DNA from: an uncultured Gemmataceae bacterium
GTDB lineage: Bacteria; Planctomycetota; Planctomycetia; Gemmatales; Gemmataceae
Assembly: GCA_963750165.1 (NCBI GenBank)
Contig: CAVVPN010000003.1
Location: 928,001-992,000, forward strand
Reading direction: 5' to 3'
Length of the DNA: 64,000 bases
In this document: in pieces, positions 39,098 to 48,354 of the stretch
How positions within the stretch are numbered: the stretch's first letter is position 1
Layout: every line of letters begins with the position of its first letter
Position numbers and translations under genes: made by a program
The notes under the pieces: generated by a model
The model's input: the letters and a program-made list of their open reading frames with translations, nothing else
Database searches by the model: none
What the model was told of the DNA's origin: nothing

Positions 39098-41056
39098 ATG
39101 GAACAACAACGATATTCGCGCTGGCGCGTTCCCCGGCAGGGTGGGTGGCCGCTCGGGGCGGTGCTGGCCATCGTCGTGTGGGGTAGCTGGGGGTGCGCCG
39201 CGGCCTCGGCGGCCGACTGGGAATTGCTCCTGAGCAGCACCCCCGACGTGCCGGGGACCACCTATAAGGTCTACGGCCTGCGCTGCAACGTGGAAAACCG
39301 CGTGTACCTGTCCGTCAAGAATGACACGGCGATCGCGGAGGCGGTGACGGTTCGGCTGTCCGTACCGGGGCCAGCCGGCAAGATGAAGCCGCTGGCCGAA
39401 CAAAAGCTGTCCGTGCCCGCCAACAAGACCGTCCCGGTCCTGTTCCCGCCGCCGGAACCGCCGAAGGACGGCAAACCGGCGCCGCCGCCGCCCCTGGCGC
39501 CGCTGGCCGGGCCGCCGTTCAAGATCCAGTTCCAGGTGGTGGGCAAGGCGAAAGTGCTGGCCGAAGGGGAGGTGTATTTTCGGATCCTGCACCCGAACCA
39601 GTTCGTGAACGTCCAGCAGCCGGAGTTCGATCTTCTGGAAGAGGGCAACACCCTGGTCGTCAAGGCGGAAGCGAAGGAGGACTTCACCGGGCCGCCGGCC
39701 CGGCTGGAACTGGTGCTGCAGCCGGACCGCATCCCCGGGCTGATTGTCAATAAAAAGGAGGGCGTTTACGCCCAGAAGCTGCGCAAGGCCGGCGACAAGA
39801 CCCGGCTGGTGGCCCGCAACCTGCTGTTCCGCAACCTGCTGCTCGAAAGCTGGGTAGGGCCGCCCAGCGGGCTGGTGCTGGTTCGGGTGGACGACTATGC
39901 GCGGGCGTTCCGCTTTCCGACGGCCTTTTCGCGATCCGGCAAGTCGGAAATCGCCCTGGCGGAGCCGGGCATCCGCATCGCGCGGCTGCCAGGCTACGGC
40001 CCGCCGGCGGAGAAACTTGTCGTGCCGCTGGAGGTGGACACGCCGGGCAGCCTCGACGATGTGACCGTCGTCACGCAGTTGCTCGTCCCCACCGGGGAGG
40101 GCAAGGACGGACCGGAGCTTGAGCAGCGCGACATCAAGAAGTTGTTGGGGGCGCGGCAGCAGGCCGTCCTGGTGAGCGCCGCCGACCCCACCGGGGCCCT
40201 GCTGTTCAACACCGCGGTGCAGGACTGGCGGGTGACGCTGGACACCGAGGGGCTGTTCGGCGAGGTGCGCGTCCGCGCCCAGATGTTCAACCGGAAGAAC
40301 AACGAGAAGGGCGAACCAATCCTCGAACCGTTCCTGGACGCGAAGAAGCGGCTCATCCCGGGCACGGTCGCCGAGGCGGTCTTCTTTTTCGACGACACGC
40401 CGCCGATCTTCGTGAAGTTCGCGCCGGTCAGCGAGTTCCCGCGCCGGCTGGTCCGCGGCGACCCGCTGCCGTTGAAGGCCCGCGGCAGTGACCCGGAGTC
40501 CGGCATTCGCAGCGCTGTCTTCTTCCGCGGCAAGCCGGTCCTCAACAAGAACGCGGTCAAGGTGCCGCCGCCCGACGCGGAATTGATCCCCGCCGTCCTG
40601 GCCGAGGGGTCGGAGAAAATGGTGACGGCGGCCGCCCTGCTGCCGCTGCCGAACGTGCAGAAGGGCATCATGGAGGTCTCGGTCCAGTTCGTCAACAACG
40701 CCAACCAGAGTTCGTTCGACACCATCCGGATCGAACTGGTGGAGCCCGGTCTCGGCAAGAACGGCAAACTCCTGCCCAAACTGTTCAAGGTTGAAGGCAA
40801 GGTGTTGCAGGGCGACATCGCCCAGCCGAACCTGGTCGTGCTGCTCCGAGACGAGAAGGGCAACCTGAAGGCTACCACCCGCACCGCGACCGGTCTGGAG
40901 AAGGAGAAGGACCGCGGCAGTTTCACCTTCATCGACGTGCCGCCGGGCGTGTACTCCGTGTCGTCCATCAACTCGCCCTCCAGGTCCCGCGGTCAAACGC
41001 TGGTCACGGTCGTGGACGGCGACGTGAAGGATGTGACCATCAAACTGCTCCGCTGA
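39098..41056 (+). CDS. Exported beta-rich (Ig-like) protein with C-terminal carboxypeptidase-regulatory-like domain
   Basis: Signal-peptide-like N-terminus (..CAAASAA/DW), FDDTPP, DPESGI, and KVEGKV..VVLLRDEKG..GSFTFIDVPPGVYSV tail. Confidence 0.7.
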   Translation: MEQQRYSRWRVPRQGGWPLGAVLAIVVWGSWGCAAASAADWELLLSSTPDVPGTTYKVYGLRCNVENRVYLSVKNDTAIAEAVTVRLSVPGPAGKMKPLAEQKLSVPANKTVPVLFPPPEPPKDGKPAPPPPLAPLAGPPFKIQFQVVGKAKVLAEGEVYFRILHPNQFVNVQQPEFDLLEEGNTLVVKAEAKEDFTGPPARLELVLQPDRIPGLIVNKKEGVYAQKLRKAGDKTRLVARNLLFRNLLLESWVGPPSGLVLVRVDDYARAFRFPTAFSRSGKSEIALAEPGIRIARLPGYGPPAEKLVVPLEVDTPGSLDDVTVVTQLLVPTGEGKDGPELEQRDIKKLLGARQQAVLVSAADPTGALLFNTAVQDWRVTLDTEGLFGEVRVRAQMFNRKNNEKGEPILEPFLDAKKRLIPGTVAEAVFFFDDTPPIFVKFAPVSEFPRRLVRGDPLPLKARGSDPESGIRSAVFFRGKPVLNKNAVKVPPPDAELIPAVLAEGSEKMVTAAALLPLPNVQKGIMEVSVQFVNNANQSSFDTIRIELVEPGLGKNGKLLPKLFKVEGKVLQGDIAQPNLVVLLRDEKGNLKATTRTATGLEKEKDRGSFTFIDVPPGVYSVSSINSPSRSRGQTLVTVVDGDVKDVTIKLLR

Positions 41057-41088
41057 TCCCGGAGCGCCTGGCAGGGCCTGGGTTGGCA

Positions 41089-41132
41089 GCGCCAGCGAAG
41101 GGGACAGCCCCCTCGCTGGCGTTCGCGTTTTT
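41089..41132 (+). terminator. Rho-independent terminator ending the T6SS-associated operon
   Basis: CGCCAGCGAAGGGG-acag-CCCCCTCGCTGGCG stem (one mismatch) followed by TTCGCGTTTTT. Confidence 0.65.
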
Positions 41133-41388
41133 CAGTACAGGAAATTCAGCCCGACGCCCACACCGATGGAGTAGGCGCGTTTCAGGTAACAGCGTGCACC
41201 GTCAGCGGCCCAGTCCGAGCGGACTGGTTGATGGCTCTGGCGTCGGGCTAATTTCGGGAGAAGGGCGTGTACCCGAGCAACTCCAGTCAATGCGGGTGGG
41301 ACTGGCCCGTCAGCAGTTCCGCCGGTGGTTATCGGCGCGCACCTTTCTTCCTCCTTTTTTCGGTCTCAGGGACGTGGACGTTCCGCTA

Positions 41389-43890
41389 TCATTTCCCGCC
41401 TCGGGCCGGCGTCAGCAGCCCGGGTTGCTTGGGGTCGAAGACGCGGTAGGCCAGCAGTTTCACGCGGTCCGTGACCAGGAAGCAGGCCAGGGCATAGCCC
41501 CACACCAGCAGCGCCCACCCCCAGCCGATGGGCGTCATGAACACCCCATAGACAACGATAAGCGTGGCCAGCAACTGCGTGCCCAGCACCGCCCCGAAGA
41601 GCACGCGCGCCGGCGGGATTGACCAGAACGGGCCGCGCGTCCGGGTGACGAAGATGGTCAGGTGCCCGGCGACCGACAGCTTCAAGTACATGAAGCTCTG
41701 GATCATCTCCCGGCTCAGGTGGAACACGCGCTCCCCCAGGTAGAACAGGCCAAAGGACGCGATCACGCCCGCCACCCCCAGCACGGTCGCCAGCCCGAGC
41801 ACCAACCGCATGTTCCACGCCTCGGGTCGATCCGAGTAGTGGACACGGTCGTAGGCGATGGACAGGATGGCGCCGTCGTTCAGCAGCGCCAGCAGGACGA
41901 TCATCACCGCCGTCACCGGGTAGAAGTTGAAGACCAGGATCGATAGCGTCATGAACAGCAGCACCCGGATTGTCTCGGCAATGCGGTAGATGGCGTAGCT
42001 GTTCATGCGCTGGAAGATTTTGCGGCTCTCCTTGATGGCGTCGATAATCACCGACAGCCCGGGCGCCAGCAGCACGATGTCGGCCGCGGCGCGGGCGGCG
42101 TCGGTGGCGCCGGACACGGCGATGCCGCAGTCGGCCTTCTTCAGGGCCGGGGCGTCGTTGACGCCATCGCCGGTCATGCCGACGATGTGGCCGTGTTGTT
42201 GCAGGATCTCGACGATGTGGAACTTGTGCTCGGGGAAGACCTGGGCGAACCCCTCGGCGTGTTCGATGGTGTCGGCGAGCTGGCTGGTCTCGTGCGGCTT
42301 CGTCTCGTCGAACAGACTGGCGTCCAGGATGTTGGTGCCGAGGCCGACCTGGTGGGCGATTTCCTTGCCGATGGCCACCTGGTCGCCGGTGACCATCTTC
42401 ACGTCGATGCCCATGTGCCGGGCCGTGGCGATGGTGGGTTTGGAGTCGTCGCGCGGCGGGTCGTACAGGGGCAGCACGCCCAGGAAGCGCCACGGGCCGT
42501 CGCCGTCGGCCCGCGCCACGCCGAGGGAGCGAAAGCCGCGCGTGGCGAACTCGTTGATCGTCTTCTCGACCTGGGGCCGGATCGCCTCCGCGTCCGTCGC
42601 CAGGGCCAGGATCACCTGTGGCGCCCCCTTGGCCACCTTGAACCGGAGGCCGTCCGGGCCTGTGACACTGGCCTCTGTTCGTTTGTGGACCGGGTCGAAG
42701 GGCTGGAAATGGGTCACCTGGTAGCCCTGGCTGGGCGCGCCCCTGGGAAGACCGCCGAGGACCGCCAGGTCGATCGGATCCTGGTTCTCGGCGCGCGAGG
42801 CCAGGGCCGCACTGGTGATGACCTCGTCCGGGGTGGTTTGGCCCAGCGCGAACGGCGTCCCCAGGGTGAGCCGGTTTTGTGTCAGCGTGCCGGTCTTGTC
42901 GGAGCAGAGTTCGTCCATGCCGGCCAGTTCCTCGATGGCGACGAGGCGGCTGACGATGGCCTGTTTGCGGGCCAGCAGCCGCGCCCCGACCGCCATCGTC
43001 ACCGACAGCACCGTCGGCATGGCCACGGGGATGGCCGCAATCGTCAGGACGAGGGCGAACAGCAGAGCCGGTTCTCGGCCCGGGGCGGCTTCGAGCATGG
43101 GGTCACCGCGGAACAGGGCGACCGTCAGGATCAGGGCCACGAGGGCCAGGGCGATGACGATGAGGTAATCGCCGATTTTCAACACGGCGCGCTGGAAATG
43201 GCTGACCGTGTGCGCCGCTTCCACCAGCTGTGCGGTCTTGCCGAAGTAGGTGCGCGTGCCGATGGCTGTCACGACCGCATCGACTTCCCCCTGACGGATG
43301 ATCGAGCCGGAGTAGACCGATTCCTGACGCTTGCGCGTGACGGGCAAGGATTCGCCGGTGAGGGCCGATTGGTCCACCTCAATGGGATCGCCCGCCAGCA
43401 GTTTGGCGTCTGCCGGCACAATGTCCCCCAGGCGAATCCGGATGAGGTCGCCGGGCACCAGTTCCCGCGCGGGGAGCGAAACCCAGGTGCCGTTGCGTTT
43501 AACCCTGGCCCCGAGCGCCAGCCTGGCCTTGAGGGCGGCGATGGCATTGCCGGCCTGGTATTCCTCCCAGAAACCCACGACCGCATTGGCCAGGAGCAGC
43601 ACCAGGATGATGCCGAAATCCTCCCAGTGCCCGACCAGGGCCGACAGGATCATCGCCACCTCGATCATCCAGGGGATCGGTCCCCAGAAATACGTCAGGA
43701 ACTTCAGCAGCGGGTTGATCTGTTTTTCGGGCAGTTCGTTGTACCCATACTGTGCCCGCCGGCGCTGGAGTTCGTCCGCACTCAGACCCTCAGGCGGCGT
43801 TTCGGGTTGCGGATGCGGTTCGGGGGGTGGCGTAGCCGTTCGGTCAGCCTCTGGCCCGGGCGCGTGCGTTTCCTTGTTCGCGTGGCTCAT
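41389..43890 (-). CDS. Plasma-membrane proton-efflux P-type ATPase (type IIIA)
   Basis: FWGPIPWMIE, DQSALTGES, IPVAMPTV, CSDKTGTLT, KGAPQ, DPPR, MTGDGVNDAPALKKAD, FQRMNSYAIYRI. Confidence 0.95.
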   Translation of the reverse strand: MSHANKETHAPGPEADRTATPPPEPHPQPETPPEGLSADELQRRRAQYGYNELPEKQINPLLKFLTYFWGPIPWMIEVAMILSALVGHWEDFGIILVLLLANAVVGFWEEYQAGNAIAALKARLALGARVKRNGTWVSLPARELVPGDLIRIRLGDIVPADAKLLAGDPIEVDQSALTGESLPVTRKRQESVYSGSIIRQGEVDAVVTAIGTRTYFGKTAQLVEAAHTVSHFQRAVLKIGDYLIVIALALVALILTVALFRGDPMLEAAPGREPALLFALVLTIAAIPVAMPTVLSVTMAVGARLLARKQAIVSRLVAIEELAGMDELCSDKTGTLTQNRLTLGTPFALGQTTPDEVITSAALASRAENQDPIDLAVLGGLPRGAPSQGYQVTHFQPFDPVHKRTEASVTGPDGLRFKVAKGAPQVILALATDAEAIRPQVEKTINEFATRGFRSLGVARADGDGPWRFLGVLPLYDPPRDDSKPTIATARHMGIDVKMVTGDQVAIGKEIAHQVGLGTNILDASLFDETKPHETSQLADTIEHAEGFAQVFPEHKFHIVEILQQHGHIVGMTGDGVNDAPALKKADCGIAVSGATDAARAAADIVLLAPGLSVIIDAIKESRKIFQRMNSYAIYRIAETIRVLLFMTLSILVFNFYPVTAVMIVLLALLNDGAILSIAYDRVHYSDRPEAWNMRLVLGLATVLGVAGVIASFGLFYLGERVFHLSREMIQSFMYLKLSVAGHLTIFVTRTRGPFWSIPPARVLFGAVLGTQLLATLIVVYGVFMTPIGWGWALLVWGYALACFLVTDRVKLLAYRVFDPKQPGLLTPARGGK

Positions 43891-43968
43891 CGCAGTTCCT
43901 CCAGGATGCCGCGCCGGCCGGGACGGTCCACAACGACTCGCCCACCCCGGTCATGCCGAGAACGGTTC

Positions 43969-44090
43969 TATGCCTCGATCACCGCACCGGCAATCTGTTG
44001 CTTCGTCAGCAAGCCGCGGACGCTGTTGCCGGACACCTTATCCGCACCGTCGGTCATCACGGCGCCGGCGGCCCGCCTCCCGGTCTTCTC
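43969..44090 (-). pseudogene. Possible remnant of a CBS-domain (ClC-type) protein C-terminus
   Basis: Intergenic frame reads GAVMTDGADKVSGNSVRGLLTKQQIAGAVIEA, resembling the G.(I/L)TK..IA end of CBS domains. The upstream part of such a gene is missing. Confidence 0.3.
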
Positions 44091-44097
44091 GTCCCGG

Positions 44098-44820
44098 TCA
44101 CTTCCACCCCAGCAAGGGCAGCAGGACGACGCTGAGGAAGTCCTGCAGGAAGTGCATCACGACGGGCGCCACCAGACTCCCGCGCCACAGGTAGACCAGG
44201 GCGAAGACGGCCCCCAGCACCCCCACCGTCACCAGCCCCGCCGATCCCTCGTAGCCGTGGCCGAGGGCGAAGACCGCCGAGGAGAGGAGCACCGCCGCCG
44301 CCATGCTCCGCACCACGGCCGGGAAGCGCAGCAGCAGGTAGCCGCGGAAGATGGTCTCTTCCGCCACCGCGACCACCGTGACCAGGAGCACGGCCAGGAT
44401 GGCTTCGGCAACGCCCCGCGCTTCCAGGAAGGACGGCCGCGGCGTCGCGGGAGCGGACAGCCCGGCCCGCAACAAGGCCCACTCCAGGAGCATGGCGCCG
44501 AGCCACACCGGGACAAAACACGCCACGCCGACGCTCAGTTCGCGCAGCGGCTGACGCCAGGTCCAGCCGATGCGGGCGACGGGCTCGCCGTTCCGCCACA
44601 GGAAGAACAGGATCAAGCTGACCAGTCCCAGGTCGCGGAAGATGATGGCCGTGGCCGTCAGCACAAAGCCCAGCTGTCCCTGCCGAATCGCGAACAGTGA
44701 GAGGGCCATTGACGGCACGATCAGGAAGAGAAAGACGGCGACTTCCCGCGCCTGTTCTTTCTGGCTGGGCGCGAGGTCGCTCAGGTTGTTGACCGGATTG
44801 TCCATGAGGTTGCTCGACAT
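44098..44820 (-). CDS. CPBP family (CAAX/Abi) intramembrane metalloprotease
   Basis: Multiple TMs, AEETIFRGYL, FALGH, H.LQD motifs. Confidence 0.9.
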   Translation of the reverse strand: MSSNLMDNPVNNLSDLAPSQKEQAREVAVFLFLIVPSMALSLFAIRQGQLGFVLTATAIIFRDLGLVSLILFFLWRNGEPVARIGWTWRQPLRELSVGVACFVPVWLGAMLLEWALLRAGLSAPATPRPSFLEARGVAEAILAVLLVTVVAVAEETIFRGYLLLRFPAVVRSMAAAVLLSSAVFALGHGYEGSAGLVTVGVLGAVFALVYLWRGSLVAPVVMHFLQDFLSVVLLPLLGWK

Positions 44821-45038
44821 GTCCACCCTCGGTTTCCAGTTTGCGACGTGAGCCTTACCTGGTCAGAACCGGCGCCATGATAAAAGCGAGGGCCCAGGCC
44901 GGCCACCCGTAGAGGCGGTTGGAGTCGCTGACGACCTTAATAGGCGTCCATCCGCCGCAGAAGGTCCGGGGAAAGGGGTTCGTCCATCAGGTTGCTCGAA
45001 AACAATTCCCCGACAAAGTGGGAACCTCAGGGGTTGTT

Positions 45039-45995
45039 CTACCCTGCTGCCCCGACCGAATGCACGAACACCGGTTTGCTTGTGTTCTGGATCACCTTGC
45101 GTGCCACGCTCCCCAGGTGCCGGCCGGTCGGGTCGTGGAGGCCGCGCGTCTCCAGAGCCACCAGGTCGATGCCCGTTGCCGCGAGCGCGTCCAGGATGGC
45201 GGCTCCAGGATCACTGTCCACGATCACCTGGGCCTGGACTTGCAGTCCTCGGGAGCGCAGTGGGACGGCAACGCCGTCGAGATAATCCTGGGCCTCTTTC
45301 CGCAGTCGCTCCTGGACCGAACGGATCTCATCGAGCAGTTCCAGCGTCGCTGCAGAGCGGCTGATCAAATCGAGTTCCGGGCTGCCGCCGTAGGCGACAT
45401 CCGGGACGACACGCAACAGGGAATAGTCGGCGCCCATCAGGGCGCCGAAGGTGAGAGCCGGTGTGAGCACGCGCTCGGCCTGTGGGGTGCCGTCCAGCGT
45501 TACGAGCAGGTGTTGCAGGGCGAGTTCCTGCGGTTGCTCGGCGACGCTGGTGCCAGGCTTTACGTACAGGATCGGCACCGAACAACGATGGAGGACCTTG
45601 TAGGCAACACTCCCGAACCAGAGGCGTCCCAAAGTCCCGCGACCGTGGGTACTCATGACGACGAGATCGATGGCGGCGTCCCTGGTGTGCGCACAGAGTG
45701 TGGCCGCGACATCCGTGTCTTGCAGAACCTGGCTGCTCAGGCTGACGCCCGGCCCGGCCACACTCTGTGCGCGCTCGACAACACCGTGCAAATAGTCGTG
45801 CCAGGTGCTGACCAGCTCTGCGGTTGATCGGCCGGAGAACAGTGCAGGGTGCGGAGCTACCGTCACCACTTGCACGCTGGCGCCGATGCGTCGGGCAATG
45901 CCCAGCGCGACCGACAGGGCGTGCTCCGCAAAGGTAGAGCCGTCCAGCGGCACCATCAAGGAACGATACACAACTTCCCGGCGCTCATCACTCAT
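45039..45995 (-). CDS. Universal stress protein (tandem USP domains)
   Basis: ATG after GGAG. VPLDGS..AE.AL, DLVVMSTHGRG...GSVA..V, second LDG..AE and GSVARKV..PVFV. Confidence 0.9.
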   Translation of the reverse strand: MSDERREVVYRSLMVPLDGSTFAEHALSVALGIARRIGASVQVVTVAPHPALFSGRSTAELVSTWHDYLHGVVERAQSVAGPGVSLSSQVLQDTDVAATLCAHTRDAAIDLVVMSTHGRGTLGRLWFGSVAYKVLHRCSVPILYVKPGTSVAEQPQELALQHLLVTLDGTPQAERVLTPALTFGALMGADYSLLRVVPDVAYGGSPELDLISRSAATLELLDEIRSVQERLRKEAQDYLDGVAVPLRSRGLQVQAQVIVDSDPGAAILDALAATGIDLVALETRGLHDPTGRHLGSVARKVIQNTSKPVFVHSVGAAG

Positions 45996-46004
45996 CGTGT
46001 CTCC

Positions 46005-46290
46005 GATCTTCCAAATCTCTGGCGGGACGTGGGCCAGGTCCGGGGCGATCCGGTCGGCCGCGCTCCATCGCTCGGCAGAAAAGGTAGTGGTAAGGGCCAA
46101 ACAACGACAACCGGCCGCCCTGGCCGCCTGCACCCCGGCGCCGGCGTCCTCGACGACCAGGCAGGCGGCGGGCGGTAGCCCCAACCACTGTCCCGCCGTC
46201 AGGAACAGGTCGGGGTGTGGCTTCTTGCGCTGAACGTCGCCGGCATCAACGACCGCGTCGAAACTACTGGGCGTCAGGCCCACTTGACGC
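46005..46290 (-). pseudogene. C-terminal fragment of a HAD-family (beta-PGM-like) phosphatase
   Basis: FDAVV.A.DV.RKKPHPDLFL.A...LG....CLVVEDA.AGVQAARAAG (HAD motifs III/IV). Motif I DxD and a start are absent. Confidence 0.7.
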
Positions 46291-46314
46291 CGGATGCGCT
46301 CCCTTCGCTTCTGC

Positions 46315-47172
46315 CTACCCATGCGCCGGGATCGGCGCATTCTCCGGCCGTTCCCGTGGCACCGGGGCCGCGTTCTTTTGTGGCGAATTGCCCAGCGGGA
46401 GGGCATCCCCGGCGACTCGGTTGGGTTTCAAGAAGGGCCGCATCAGTTCCAGGGGCAACGGGAAGATGATGGTGGAATTCTGATCGGACGCCACGTCCGC
46501 GAGGGCCTGCAGGTAGCGCATCTGCATGGCGATGGGAAAGGGGGTCATGATCTCCGCCGCCTGGCGCAGTCGCTCCGCGGCCTGGAACTCGCCCTCGGCG
46601 TTGATGACCTTCGCGCGACGTTCCCGTTCGGCCTCGGCCTGGCGGGCCATGGACCGCTTCATCGCCTCGGGGAGGTCCACGTCTTTCACCTCCACCGCCG
46701 AGACTTTCACCCCCCACGGCTCAGTGTGCCCGTCGATGATCTCTTGCAAACGGTGGTTCACCTTCTCCCGATCGGTCAAGAGGTCATCGAGTTCCGCCTG
46801 ACCCAGGGTGCTTCGCAAGGTGGTCAAGGCCACCTGCGAGGTGGCGTACAGGAAATCGGCCACCGATAATGCGGAGCGCATGGGGTCAATGACCCGGAAA
46901 TAGAGTACCGCGTTGACCCGGACTGAGACGTTGTCCTTGGTGATGATGTCCTGGGGTTCGATGACCCTCGTCACGATCCGTAAACCGACGCGGACCATCG
47001 TATCGACCGGCCAGAAAACCAGGATCAGCCCCGGGCCCTTGGGCCTGGGTAAGACCCGGCCGAGACGGAAGACCACGCCGCGCTCATATTCCTTCAGGAC
47101 GCGAACGCAGCTCAGCAGGTAGAGGACGGCCAGGACCAGGAAACCCAGCACGCCAAGTGCAATGTCGTTCAT
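46315..47172 (-). CDS. SPFH/band 7 stomatin-like (slipin) protein
   Basis: N-terminal TM, EYERGVVFRLGR, QDIITKDNVSV, TTLRS.LG..ELD, WGVKV..VEVKDV, AEAERERRAKVI.AEGE, MRYLQ. Confidence 0.95.
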   Translation of the reverse strand: MNDIALGVLGFLVLAVLYLLSCVRVLKEYERGVVFRLGRVLPRPKGPGLILVFWPVDTMVRVGLRIVTRVIEPQDIITKDNVSVRVNAVLYFRVIDPMRSALSVADFLYATSQVALTTLRSTLGQAELDDLLTDREKVNHRLQEIIDGHTEPWGVKVSAVEVKDVDLPEAMKRSMARQAEAERERRAKVINAEGEFQAAERLRQAAEIMTPFPIAMQMRYLQALADVASDQNSTIIFPLPLELMRPFLKPNRVAGDALPLGNSPQKNAAPVPRERPENAPIPAHG

Positions 47173-47199
47173 CCCCACGGCTTGGATCCTCAAAGATCT

Positions 47200-47353
47200 T
47201 TGGGGTTAGTAATTCAGGGAGCTTCGGCGTGGCCGGCGCTTCCTGGCATACGGTTGGGGTCGCCTCGGCTCGGGCCAGGTCGGCGGCGCCCTGACAGCCT
47301 TCAGGCAGAGGCTTCTCCGGCAACGGGGCCTTCACGACCAGCACGGGGCAGGT
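47200..47353 (-). pseudogene. Remnant of a USP C-terminus
   Basis: Frame reads [13 protein letters not shown], the typical final strand of USP domains. No upstream domain present. Confidence 0.4.
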
Positions 47354-47505
47354 CGGTTACACACCTCCCGCACGGCAGCCTCGCTACATGGCGAACCGTC
47401 GATGGCTAACAGGATTTTCATTGCTCGGTCCCTTCTTGCCGCAGATTGGGTGAAGCAACACAACCGCAATAAGGAGCCGTTGTTCAGCCTCACGGTGTTC
47501 CGGGG

Positions 47506-47787
47506 TCATGGTTCTCCAAACGTCACCGTCTGCAGCCCGAGGTAAGCAACGACGCAGTCCAAAGTGAGAGCGACGGCACAAAGGAAGATGGCGATGATCG
47601 CCACCCGGTGGTAGAGCGAGCGCCGGCGCGCCGTGTTCCAATCGACAAAACCCACCATCAGCCCGGCAAGACTCATGACCATCCCCATCGGAACCCACCA
47701 GAAAAAAGCACCGCCCAGGACGGCCAGGAGAATGGAGCCGTAACTCAGCCAGCGCACGTTCGGCTGCGTCGTTTTCGTGTCGTTCAC
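47506..47787 (-). CDS. Small membrane protein (about 3 TMs)
   Basis: GTG after GGAGG, 93 aa, hydrophobic segments. Confidence 0.65.
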   Translation of the reverse strand: MNDTKTTQPNVRWLSYGSILLAVLGGAFFWWVPMGMVMSLAGLMVGFVDWNTARRRSLYHRVAIIAIFLCAVALTLDCVVAYLGLQTVTFGEP

Positions 47788-47925
47788 AATTACCTCCTGC
47801 AAATATAAGGCCCAGGGAGCTACTTTCCCCTGGTCAGTAAGCGCTGGTTAACGAGCGTCGCCCTTCAGCCAGCGGAGTGCGTCATACGGAACCTCCACGG
47901 GCAGTAATCCTTTCCTCAGCAAAAG

Positions 47926-48354
47926 TCATTCCAGCCGCACGAAATCGTTCAACGAACACTCGGGCTCAGACTCCTCCTTTCTCGGCACTCCTGCGGAGGC
48001 GGATTTCTTCTGGGAGGCGCCGAACAACAACTTCCAAGAGTAGGACGGCTCTCCAGAGCCGTCCCGACGGCTCTGGAGAGCCGTCCTACGAAGTTGTTGT
48101 TCGGCGCCTCCTGGTTTATCGTCACCGTTCGGGAACCTTGGATGATCGGCTGAGAACGTATCGTTCTCCCGCGTCAGGAAAGCCCGGATCAAGCAACGGA
48201 GCATTTCCCCCGTCGTCCACCCTCGGCTCTGGGCCGCCGTTTCGAGCGCCGCCAGCTGCGGTGTCGGCAACAGCAGCAGGACCTCCACGAGGTCTGCCGC
48301 CGGACGTGGGGATTGATCGGTCCCATTCGGGACATGACGCGAACGCATGGCCAC
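47926..48354 (-). CDS. Small ribbon-helix-helix-like protein whose reading frame runs through a REP insertion
   Basis: VEVLLLLP..QLAALETAAQSRGWTTGEMLRCLIRAFL resembles CopG/RHH-type proteins. The C-terminal part overlaps the 48013-48111 palindrome and is probably not meaningful. Confidence 0.45.
   Translation of the reverse strand: MAMRSRHVPNGTDQSPRPAADLVEVLLLLPTPQLAALETAAQSRGWTTGEMLRCLIRAFLTRENDTFSADHPRFPNGDDKPGGAEQQLRRTALQSRRDGSGEPSYSWKLLFGASQKKSASAGVPRKEESEPECSLNDFVRLE
48013..48111. repeat. Extended REPIN-like palindrome (second GTAG REP family)
   Basis: Inner perfect 24-bp IR GTAGGACGGCTCTCCAGAGCCGTC (48040-63 / 48066-89) plus outer perfect 22-bp IR GGAGGCGCCGAACAACAACTTC (48013-34 / 48090-111), with a 5-nt bulge. 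Confidence 0.85.

Noticed and set aside
44800..44999. 17/18-nt repeat GTCCAT(G/C)AGGTTGCTCGA at 44800 and 44982
   Set aside because: Too short and isolated to interpret; possibly a local duplication scar.
45039..46406. 455-aa HAD-USP fusion ORF
   Set aside because: The HAD part lacks motif I and a credible start, while the USP has its own RBS and ATG at 45995.
47798..47815. GG-N10-GC sigma54-like box upstream of the small membrane protein
   Set aside because: Poor -24 match, and it abuts the RBS so a transcript would exclude it.
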